DNA of 64,000 nucleotides, taken from Eledone cirrhosa. Lineage: Eukaryota. The notes under the pieces are model-generated. The model did not search any database, was not told the DNA's origin, and saw only the letters and a list, made by a program, of their open reading frames with translations. The DNA lies in contig OZ024743.1 in NCBI GenBank assembly GCA_964016885.1, positions 339,388,001-339,452,000 on the forward strand, written 5' to 3'. The stretch's first letter is position 1, and each line of letters opens with the position of its first letter. A program made the position numbers and the translations under genes. Below, in pieces: positions 45,001-54,977 of this stretch.

Positions 45001-48000
45001 GGTTCTATCTCTCTTACATACACTCCTGCACTCTACCAAGTGGAGCTGGGAGTCTATATCTCTCTTACATACACTCCTGCACTCTACCAAGTGGAGTTGG
45101 GGGGTCTATATCTCTCTTACATACACTCCTGCACTCTACCAAGTGGAGTTGGGGGTCTATATCTCTCTTATGTACACTCCTGCACTCTACCAAGTGGAAC
45201 TGGGGTCTATATATCTCTTACATACACTCCTGCACTCTACCAAGTGGAGTTGGGGGTCTATATCTCTCTTACGTACACTCCTGCACTCTACCAAGTGGAA
45301 CTGGGGTCTATATATCTCTTACATACACTTCTGCACTCTACCAAGTGGAGCTGGGGTCTATATATCTCTTACATACACTCCTGCACTCTACCAAGTGGAG
45401 CTGGGGTCTATATCTCTCCTACATACACTCCTGCACTCTACCAAGTGGAACTGGGGTCTATATATCTCTTACATACACTCCTGCACTCTACCAAGTGGAG
45501 TTGGGGGTCTATATCTCTCTTACATACACTCCTGCACTCTACCAAGTGGAACTGGGGTCTATATATCTCTTAGATACACTTCTGCACTCTACCAAGTGGA
45601 GCTGGGGTCTATATATCTCTTACATACACTCCTGCACTCTACCAAGTGGAGCTGGGAGTCTATATCTCTCTTACATACACTCCTGCACTCTACCAAGTGG
45701 AGTTGGGGTCTATATCTCTCTTACATACACTCCTGCACTCTACCAAGTGGAGTTGGGAGTCTATATCTCTCTTACATACACTCCTGCACTCTACCAAGTG
45801 GAGCTGGGGTCTATATATCTCTTACATACACTCCTGCACTCTACCAAGTGGAGCTGGAGGTCTATATATCTCTTACATACACTCCTGCACTCTACCAAGT
45901 GGAGCTGGGGTCTATATATCTCTTACATACACTCCTGCACTGTACCAAGTGGAGCTGGAGGTCTATATATCTCTTACATACACTTCTGCACTCTACCAAG
46001 TGGAGATGGGGTTCTATATCTCTCTTACATACACTCCTACACTCTACCAAGTGGAGTTTAGAATCTATATCTCTCTTACATACACTCCTGCACTCTACCA
46101 AGTGGAGCTGAGAGTCTATATCTCTATTACATACACTCCTGCACTCTACCAAGTGGAGCTGGGAGTCTATATCTCTCTTACATATACTCCTGCACTCTAC
46201 CAAGTGGAGCTGGAGGTCTATATCTCTCTTACATACACTCCTGCATTCTACCAAGTGGAGTTGTGGGTCTATATCTCTTTTACGTACACTCCTGCACTCT
46301 ACCAAGTGGAGCTGGGGTTCTATATCTCTCTTACATACAGTCCTGCACTCTACCAAGTGGAGCTGGGAGTCTATATCTCTTACATACACTTCTGCACTCT
46401 ACCAAGTGGAGCTGGGAGTCTATATCTCTATTACATACACTCCTGCACTCTACCAAGTGGAGCTGGGAGTCTATATCTCTCTTACATACACTCCTTCACT
46501 CTCCCAAGTGGAGTTGGGAGTCTATATTTCTCTTACATACACTCCTGCACTCTACCAAGTGGAGTTGCGGGGTCTATATCTCTCTTACATACACTCCTGC
46601 ACTCTACCAAGTGGAGTTGGGAGTCTATATCTCTTACATACACTCCTGCACTCTACCAAGTGGAGTTGGGGGTCTATATCTCTCTTACATACACTCCTGC
46701 ACTCTACCAAGTGGAACTGGGGTCTATATATCTCTTACATACACTCCTGCACTCTACCAAGTGGAGCTGGGGCTTTATATCTCTCTTACATACACTCCTG
46801 CACTCTACCAAGTGGAGTTGGGGGTCTATATATCTCTTACATACACTCCTGCACTCTACCAAGTGGAGTTGGGGGGTCTATATCTCTCTTACATACACTC
46901 CTGCACTCTACCAAGTGGAGCTGGGGTTCTATATCTCTTACATACAATCCTGCCCTCTACCAAGTGGAGTTGGGGGGTTCTATCTCTCTTACATACACTC
47001 CTGAACTCTACCAAGTGGAGCTGGGGTTCTATATCTCCCTTACATACACTCCTGCACTCTACCAAGTGGAGCTGGGAGTCTATATCTCTTACATACACTT
47101 CTGCACTCTACCAAGTGGAGCTGGGAGTCTATATCTCTATTACATACACTCCTGCACTCTACCAAGTGGAGCTGGGAGTCTATATCTCTCTTACATACAC
47201 TCCTGCACTCTACCAAGTGGAGCTGGGAGTCTATATCTCTCTTACATACACTCCTTCCCTCTACCAAGTGGAGTTGGGAGTCTATATTTCTCTTACATAC
47301 ACTCCTGCACTCTACCAAGTGGAGTTGCGGGGTCTATATCTCTCTTACATACACTCCTGCACTCTACCAAGCGGAGCTGGGAGTCTATATCTCTTACATA
47401 CACTCCTGCACTCTACCAAGTGGAGTTGGGGGTCTATATCTCTCTTACATACACTCCTGCACTCTACCAAGTGAAACTGGGGTCTATATATCTCTTACAT
47501 ACACTCCTGCACTCTACCAAGTGGAGCTGGGGCTTTATATCTCTCTTACATACACTCCTGCACTCTACCAAGTGGAGTTGGGGGTCTATATATCTCTTAC
47601 ATACACTCCTGCACTCTACCAAGTGGAGTTGGGGGTCTATATCTCGCTTACATACACTTCTGCACTCTACCAAGTGGAACTGGGGTTCTATATTTCTCTT
47701 ACATACACTCCTTCACTCTACTAAGTGGAGTTGGGGGGTCTATATCGCTTACATACAATCCTGCCCTCTACCAAGTGGAGTTGGGGGGTTCTATCTCTCT
47801 TACATACACTCCTGCACTCTACCAAGTGGAGCTGGGAGTCTATATCTCTCTTACATACACTCCTGCACTCTACCAAGTGGAGCTGGGAGTCTATATCTCT
47901 CTTACATACACTCCTGCACTCTACCAAGTGGAGTTGGGGGTCTATATCTCTCTTACATACACTCCTGCACTCTACCAAGTGGAGTTGGGGGGTCTATATC

Positions 48001-49691
48001 TCTCTTACATACACTCCTGCACTCTACCAAGTGGAGTTGGGGGTCTATATCTCTCTTATGTACACTCCTGCACTCTACCAAGTGGAACTGGGGTCTATAT
48101 ATCTCTTACATACACTCCTGCACTCTACCAAGTGGAGTTGGGGGTCTATATCTCTCTTACGTACACTCCTGCACTCTACCAAGTGGAACTGGGGTCTATA
48201 TATCTCTTACATACACTTCTGCACTCTACCAAGTGGAGCTGGGGTCTATATATCTCTTACATACACTCCTGCACTCTACCAAGTGGAGCTGGGGTCTATA
48301 TCTCTCCTACATACACTCCTGCACTCTACCAAGTGGAGTTGGGGGTCTATATATCTCTTACATACACTCCTGCACTCTACCAAGTGGAGTTGGGGGTCTA
48401 TATATCTCTTACATACACTCCTGCACTCTACCAAGTGGAGCTGGGGGTTTATATCTCTCTTACATACACTCCTGCACTCTACCAAGTGGAGTTGGGGGTC
48501 TATATCTCTCTTACGTACACTCCTGCACTCTACCAAGTGGAGTTGGGGGTCTATATCTCGCTTACATACACTTCTGCACTCTACCAAGTGGAACTGGGGT
48601 TCTATATTTCTCTTACATACACTCCTTCACTCTACCAAGTGGAGTTGGGGCTCTATATCTCTTACATAAACTGCCCTCTACCAAGTGGAGTTGGGGGGTT
48701 CTATCTCTCTTACATACACTCCTGCACTCTACCAAGTGGAGCTGGGAGTCTATATCTCTCTTACATACACTCCTGCACTCTACCAAGTGGAGCTGGGAGT
48801 CTATATCTCTCTTACATACACTCCTGCACTCTACCAAGTGGAGTTGGGGGGTCTATATCTCTCTTACATACACTCCTGCACTCTACCAAGTGGAGTTGGG
48901 GGTCTATATCTCTCTTACGTACACTCCTGCACTCTACCAAGTGGAACTGGGGTCTATATATCTCTTACATACACTCCTGCACTCTACCAAGTGGAGTTGG
49001 GGGTCTATATCTCTCTTACGTACACTCCTGCACTCTACCAAGTGGAACTGGGGTCTATATATCTCTTACATACACTTCTGCACTCTACCAAGTGGAGCTG
49101 GGGTCTATATATCTCTTACATACACTCCTGCACTCTACCAAGTGGAGCTGGGGTCTATATCTCTCCTACATACACTCCTGCACTCTACCAAGTGGAACTG
49201 GGGTCTATATATCTCTTACATACACTCCTGCACTCTACCAAGTGGAGTTGGGGGTCTATATCTCTCTTACGTACACTCCTGCATTCTACCAAGTGGAACT
49301 GGGGTCTATATATCTCTTACATACATTTCTGCACTCTACCAAGTGGAGCTGGGGTCTATATATCTCTTACATACACTCCTGCACTCTACCAAGTGGAGCT
49401 GGGAGTCTATATCTGTCTTACATACACTCCTGCACTCTACCAAATGGAGTTGGTGGTCTATAACTCTCTTACATATACTCCTGCACTCTACCAAGTGGAG
49501 CTGGGGGTCTATATCTCTTACATACAATCCTGCCCTCTACCAAGTGGACTAGTGGTGTTCTATCTCTCTTACATACACTTCTGCACTCTACCAAGTGGAA
49601 CTGGGGTCTATGTATCTCTTACATACACTTCTGCACTCTACCAAGTGGAGCTGGGGTTCTATATCTCCCTTACATACACTCCTGCACTCTA
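1..49691. repeat. Tandem satellite/minisatellite array, monomer 49-52 bp, consensus TACATACACTCCTGCACTCTACCAAGTGGAGCTGGGAGTCTATATCTCTCT; continues beyond the left edge
   Basis: Seen directly: head-to-tail repeats with a near-invariant core CTCTACCAAGTGGA. Length variation lies in the G-run and the (TA)/(TC) run. No unique insert was seen. The array ends at ...CCTGCACTCTA (49691). Confidence 0.99.
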
Positions 49692-49739
49692 AACCTGGGA
49701 CTATACAGCAACAAATAAAATAATAGTTTGTATAATTAC

Positions 49740-49806
49740 CTTTCTCCTTTTTAAGGTCTGTAAAATGTTGCATTGTGATACAAGCTGGGGTGTTCTCTTT
49801 GTGTTT
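49740..49806 (-). CDS. ATPAF1: ATPAF1 coding exon 7; the gene continues across the satellite beyond position 1
   Basis: CTCTCTTTCCTTCACCAG| acceptor and AAG|GTAATT donor. 67 nt, phase 1 out. Encodes KHKENTPACITMQHFTDLKKEK(G) (compare HYPELKEEKG). The downstream IVLM.. and EAQ.. segments are not found in the window. Confidence 0.87.
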
Positions 49807-49897
49807 CTGGTGAAGGAAAGAGAGGTCGAGAATAGTTGTAATTCTTTGATAATATGGTGAATAAAGAGGAGAAGGGAGGATAGAGATAAATAGATAA

Positions 49898-50307
49898 AGG
49901 TGTCACAACACAAAGCAGCCAGCCCACACTGTAGAGTGGTCATGTAGGTGTTATGACAAAAAGAACCCAGTACACACTGTAAAGTGGTTGTGTAGGTGTC
50001 ATGAAAAAAAGTATCCAGTACACACTGTAAAGTAGTCATGTCGGTGTCATGTCAAAAAGCACTTAGCCCACATTGTAAAGTGGCCATGTAGGTGTCATGA
50101 CAAAAAGCACCCATCACACACTGTAAATGTGGTTGGCATTAGGAAGGGCATCCAGCTGTAGAAACCAAGCCAAAATCAGTTCTGTGTGAGCAAAACACAG
50201 TCTTCTGACCTTGATCTCTTACGAGATAGCATGTCCTACCCATGCTAGCATGGAATAATGGACATAATTGTTTCTACTTTAGGCACTAATGGACATAATG
50301 ATGATGA
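49898..50307 (+). mobile_element. RTE-3'UTR-related non-autonomous element containing five 48-bp tandem units
   Basis: GGTG(T) unit starts at 49899, 49947, 49995, 50043 and 50091. These are followed by GGTTGGCATTAGGAAGGGCATCCAGCTG and CCATGCTAGCATGGA...TGATGATGA, both shared with the RTE 3' UTR at about 59330-59587. Confidence 0.75.
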
Positions 50308-50469
50308 AAGAGAGGAAGAAAAGAGAACAGTTAATGTTCTCTACATTACAGTATGGGCTCATAACTAGTACAATGCTACTGCTACAGACACAAACATTCT
50401 TGACTACATTAAAAACAAGGCAATCTGATTAAAAATTAAAAAAAATGTTGATGAAATATGATTTCATCA

Positions 50470-50632
50470 AAAGGCAGCAAATTGGCAGAGTCATTAGAAC
50501 GTTGGATAGAATGCTTTATGGTATCAATTCCAGCTCTCTTCTCTCTGAGTTCAAATCCCGCCGAGGTCAACTTTGCCTTTCATCCTTTCGAGGTTGATTA
50601 AAAAATAGTACCAGTCTAGTACTGGGGTCGAT
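50470..50632 (+). mobile_element. tRNA-derived SINE
   Basis: A-box-like TGGCAGAGTCATTAG and B-box GAGTTCAAATCCC. The body TTTGCCTTTCATCCTTTCGAGGTTGAT..AGTACCAG is shared with copies at 60.5-61.5 kb. Confidence 0.75.
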
Positions 50633-51003
50633 TCTTCTTTTCTCTGGAAGAAATCTGCTGTACTCAGACCTAGAGAGGGATGGGCTCTGCCAAGGCTTAA
50701 AATGCCCAAGAAACACTGTTTGTCAATACGGCACCTCTATGACTCTATCAGGAGTTATGGGACCATACATACAATTATTAGCTATAAAAACAACATCAAG
50801 GATATATCAGATCTAACACTGCTACCCAAATGATATGGGCCTGGATGATGTGGGGGAGCGTTCTGAAGCCTGTGGGAGTCCAGGTGTAGGCTGTCTCATG
50901 ATCTCGGTAGACAGAATGGAAAAAACATTGCCCCGGAGAATTGATTGAAAAGATGTACTTGCTACTACCACTACAACCACTGTATCTTCTACCAATACCA
51001 CTA

Positions 51004-51428
51004 CAACCCAGAGAGTCTACACAACACCCAGACAATCTACACAGCACCAAGACAAGATACAGAATACCCAGAGAGTCTACACAACACGCAGGCAATCTAC
51101 ACAACACCCAGATAATCTACACAACACCCAGACAATCTACACAGCACCCAGACAATCTACACAACACCCATACAAGTTACAGAACACCCAGACAATCTAT
51201 ACAACAACCAGACAATCTACACAGCACCCAGACAAGTTACAGAACACCCAGAGAGTCTACACAATATCCAGACAATCTACACAACACACAGACAAGTTAC
51301 AGAACACCTAGAGAGTCTACACAATATCTAGACAGTCTACACAACACTCAAATAATCTACACAATATCTAGGCAGCCTTTACAACACTCAGACAGTCTAC
51401 ACAACACTCAGCCAATCTATACAACATA
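51004..51428. repeat. 20-bp minisatellite (ACAACACCCAGACAATCTAC), about 21 units, with partial 60-bp trimer periodicity
   Basis: Exact 20-bp phase. The GAGAGTCTAC variant recurs at 51011, 51071, 51251 and 51311. The array abuts the exon-6 donor. Confidence 0.92.
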
Positions 51429-51429
51429 C

Positions 51430-51525
51430 CTTATAGAGTGCAACAGGAGTGAAATAAATATCAGTTCCAGAAAATTGTTGGTAGAAGAACTCATAACCAT
51501 CCTGACGTGGTAGAGGATATACAAA
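51430..51525 (-). CDS. ATPAF1: ATPAF1 coding exon 6
   Basis: TTTTCTTGTTGCAG| acceptor and |GTATGT donor. 96 nt. Encodes FVYPLPRQDGYEFFYQQFSGTDIYFTPVALYK, which carries the ATP11 hallmark LPR..GYEFF..Q. Confidence 0.93.
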
Positions 51526-51880
51526 CTGCAACAAGAAAATAAAATAGAATGTAAATATATAGAAACATCTTTTAAGTTACTAGGGAGATGGGGTTTTTTA
51601 AGGAGCCTGTGGCTAGATCTAGTTCCAGGCTATGAATCATCATCATCATGTGCATTCCAGTGGATTTAAACTCAGGAATTATGAGTAAATAGTCCAATAA
51701 GTTAACCACTCAGCCATCTCACCTCTATAATGTAGAGAAGGAATGGTTGTATTAGTTTGGTTTTCACTTTTTTTTGTAAATATCTTGTTTAGGAAAAGGA
51801 TTATTTATGATCAGGCTCCATTTTTTTTTCCATGCTAGCATAAAGATGGACATTAAATGATGATGAGTGTGTATTGAGTT

Positions 51881-52275
51881 TAGAATGGGTGCACTATATC
51901 CCTGTATGTATCTGGCTTAGAATAGGTACACTGTATCCCTGAGTGTATCAGGTTTAGAATAGATACACTATATCCCTATGTGTATCTGGCTTAGAATAGG
52001 TACACTGTATCCAAGCATATATCTGGCTTAGAATAGATACACTGTATCCCAGCATATATCTGGCTTAGAATAGGTACACTATATCCCAGCATATATCTGG
52101 CTTAGAATAGGTACACTATATCCCTGTGTTTATCCAATTTAGAATAGGTACACTGTATCCCTGCATGTCATGAGATGTAACTAAAGGTTTGGCATCATCC
52201 CTGTATGCATCCTTGCATGTATCTGACTTAGAATAGGTACACCGTATCTGTGTCTGATTTAGAATAGGTACACCA
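51881..52275. repeat. 37-bp minisatellite (TAGAATAGGTACACTGTATCCC...TATCTGGCT), 8 units plus degenerate copies
   Basis: TAGAAT occurs at 51881, 51918, 51955, 51992, 52029, 52066, 52103 and 52140. Confidence 0.92.
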
Positions 52276-52368
52276 TACACATGTGTGTTGTAAGAGGGGA
52301 CTAAAATAGTTGACACCATGAAGGGCATCTGGCTATAGAATATTGTTTCAAAATGGAGTGTGACTTAC

Positions 52369-52416
52369 CGAGGGACACAATTTAGCCTTGCTCATAACTT
52401 CATCATAATCCATCTC
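52369..52416 (-). CDS. ATPAF1: ATPAF1 coding exon 5
   Basis: ATTCACAG| acceptor and |GTAAGT donor. 48 nt. Encodes EMDYDEVMSKAKLCPS (compare AEKFDLIWNRAQSCPT). Confidence 0.88.
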
Positions 52417-52776
52417 CTGTGAATTTATAAAAAAGGGTTGACAAAACATGAAATGTCTATACCGTAAGAAAGAGTGGTTATGTTGACATATATATAGAGT
52501 TAAGTAAAAAAGTGTGGTGGCTATATTGATATATATATATACATATTGTACATATATAGGTATAATACAAGGGTGTAGTTATGTTGATATACCAGAGGCC
52601 TATATAGTAAGAAGGTGTGGTTATGTTGATATATCAGGAAGATCTCATTGGATAATGAGAATCCAAGGATTATTTCAATATAAAAAGTCATGATTAGAAC
52701 ATCTCTGCTCATAGGTGCTGGATTAGGACTGACCTGGAAATAAACAGCAAGTACCAAACAGTAATAATAATCTTAC

Positions 52777-52827
52777 CTTTATGACACCATATACACAGTC
52801 TTTGACACTGTGGAACTGCATCCAAAT
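52777..52827 (-). CDS. ATPAF1: ATPAF1 coding exon 4
   Basis: GTTTTTTTAG| acceptor and |GTAAGA donor. 51 nt. Encodes IWMQFHSVKDCVYGVIK (compare IWQQYFAAKDTVYAVIP). Confidence 0.9.
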
Positions 52828-53100
52828 CTAAAAAAACAGTAAACACAGTTATAAAAAAATAAACATTTACTAACAGTGAAAAATTAACAGTTAATAACCA
52901 GCAGCAAACAATTACATCTATTAACAGTGAATAATTATCAGTAAACAATTATGTTTATTAACCCATGCTAGCATGGAAAATGGATGTTAACGATGATGAT
53001 GAATAGTAAAAAATTAACAGCAAACAATAACATTTCTCAATATTAAATGGCACAAAATATTTACATTTTCCAACAGTAAACAATTAACATTTATGATTAC

Positions 53101-53414
53101 TTTTTCTTTTTTTTAAAGACCCCCTTTGGTCATGAATGACCATAAGATTTGCACCTAGAAAGTTCCCCTCTGAGGCACAAGTCCAGAAGTTTGTGGAAGA
53201 CCAGCAGTCGCTCATTCATACCAGTCACCCCTCTCCACACCACCAATGTTGTACAAGGGAAACGCAAAGGCCGATAGTGCTTGACACCAGAGATGTCGCA
53301 GCTCATTTCTACAGCTGAGTGAACTGGAGCAACGTCAAATCCCAGTCTAAGAATCGAACTCACAACCTCATGATTTTAAGCCCGATGCTCTAGTCACTAA
53401 GCCACATGCTTCAC
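53101..53414 (-). mobile_element. tRNA-derived SINE (second family)
   Basis: The minus strand begins GTGAAGCATGTGGCTTAGTGACTAG (A box) ...GAGTTCGATTCT (B box) and ends in an A-rich tail. Confidence 0.75.
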
Positions 53415-53859
53415 AATATGATTACTAACAGTAAACAATTACACAATTAATAGTGGAGGATAAGATTTATCAACAGTGAACAATTATGCTTACTAACCAT
53501 CTGCTTAGGTAACAGTGAGGAACATTCTATCTAGCTGTAAGTAGGTACCACAGTAAAGTATAGTCTACCTAGCTGTAAGTAGATACCACAATTCATCTGG
53601 CTGTAAATAGGTACCATAGTAAGATAAAGTTTATCAACAGTGAACAATTATGCTCACTAACCATCTGTTGCTCTGTTACACTCTATCACTAAATCACTTT
53701 TATTTATTTATTTATAACAACCAAAAATTTATTTCAGTGATCATAGTGGAGGTGATGACAGATGAGACAATGGGGATGTGTGATAATGGTGGTAGTGGCA
53801 GCTGTAGTAAAGGGAGGGAGATGGAACAAAACAATCGTTCAGGTTATGCAAAAGTGTAA

Positions 53860-54690
53860 ACATTTGAAAGAAAAAACACTATTCAAAATTTTCTCAAAAG
53901 TTTTTCAAAACTTTTCCTAAAAACTTTCTCAAATTGTTTTGAGAAAATCATCAGTAAAATTTTCGAAAAATTTTAAGGAAAACAAAAAAAATATTTTGTT
54001 AATAATTTTGAGAGAATATTTATTGAAATTTTAAGGAAGAGTTTTGAAAAAATGTGGGGAAAACTTTTGCTGAAATTTCTTTCAGAAACATTTTGATGAA
54101 TTTTTAAAGAAAATATTGAGGAAAACTTCTGAGAAATTTTTTATGAAATTTTTTTTTATATTTTGAGGAAAATATTTTGTGAAAATTTTGTGAAAAATTT
54201 TTATGAAATTTTTGAAAACTTATCTCAAAACTTCCTAAAAATTCTTTTCAAAAATTCAAACTGCTTCCTCAAAAATCACCAAAATTCTCTTCAAAATATC
54301 TCAAATGTCTCTATTTTGTGAAAAAGTTGAGAAAAATTTGGGGAAATTTTAGTTGAAATTTTTAAAGAAAATTTCCATGATGACCTGAGCAATATTTTCA
54401 AGGAAACTTTTTAAATCATAAAAAAAAACCTTTTCTAGATAATATTTGAAAATCTTTTGATGAAAATATTTTGAAAAATTTTTGAAAAGTCTTAAAGAAA
54501 AAAAAAATTTACGAATACTATTGAAAAAATGTTCATAATTTTGAGAGAATATTTGTGGAACATTTTGAGAAAAGTGTTTGGGAAAATTTTGAGGAAAATT
54601 TTCGAAAAAAATTGAGAAAAAGCTTTTTTTATATTTGCTGAAATTTTTTAAAAAACATTAAGAAAAATTTGAGGGAAACTTTTATATTTA
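53860..54690. repeat. AT-rich low-complexity tract of GAAAATTTT-type motifs in both orientations
   Basis: Dense A/T runs. Subsegments alternate between GAAAA-rich and TTTTC-rich polarity. Confidence 0.7.
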
Positions 54691-54977
54691 CAATAAACAT
54701 TTACATTTACAATTTCAATATCTTCTGTTGTTTTTTTACTGTGAGGAGGTACGTAGGATATTTGCAGAACAATGACTCAGTGATATGGCTGTTAGTAGAT
54801 ACCACAGGGAGGTACATTCTATCTAGCTGTAAGTAGGTACCACAGTAAAGTATAGTCTATCTAGCTGTAAGTAGATACCACCTGGCCATTAGTACCATAG
54901 TAAGAGAGAGTTTATCAACAGATCCAAGAATGACTTCAGGATGAAGAGATTAGAACTGTAAAAGAAAGATATCTTAC

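Noticed and set aside
1-49691. CRISPR-like appearance (conserved hairpin core with a variable segment)
   Set aside because: The variable parts are point variants of one sequence, not unique spacers. The context is eukaryotic and intronic, with no cas genes.
1-49691. Ribozyme-containing satellite or G-quadruplex array
   Set aside because: The monomer consensus has no CUGANGA plus GAAA core on either strand. There is only one G-run per about 50 bp, too widely spaced for a canonical G4.
34-49692. Very long + strand ORFs (up to 1908 aa) in all three frames, and short minus-strand ORFs, within the array
   Set aside because: The consensus monomer has no TAA, TAG or TGA on the + strand and no ATG. 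Frames switch freely with 49/50/52-bp monomers and the starts are GTG calls, so there is no sign of coding constraint.
50640-50960. More GC-rich unique stretch, possible decayed element or snoRNA (ATGATG...CTGA)
   Set aside because: No open frame or recognisable motif, an imperfect C box with too short a spacing, and it is on the strand opposite the host gene.
50941-51513. 190-aa + strand ORF rich in T/Q/H/P
   Set aside because: It is a translation of the 20-bp minisatellite and is antisense to ATPAF1 exon 6.
52521-52757. TTTCCAG|GTCAGT site and 78-aa minus-strand ORF as an extra exon or recursive splice site
   Set aside because: It is only about 43 nt from the exon-4 donor, the peptide does not resemble ATPAF1, and exons 4 and 5 already join collinearly.
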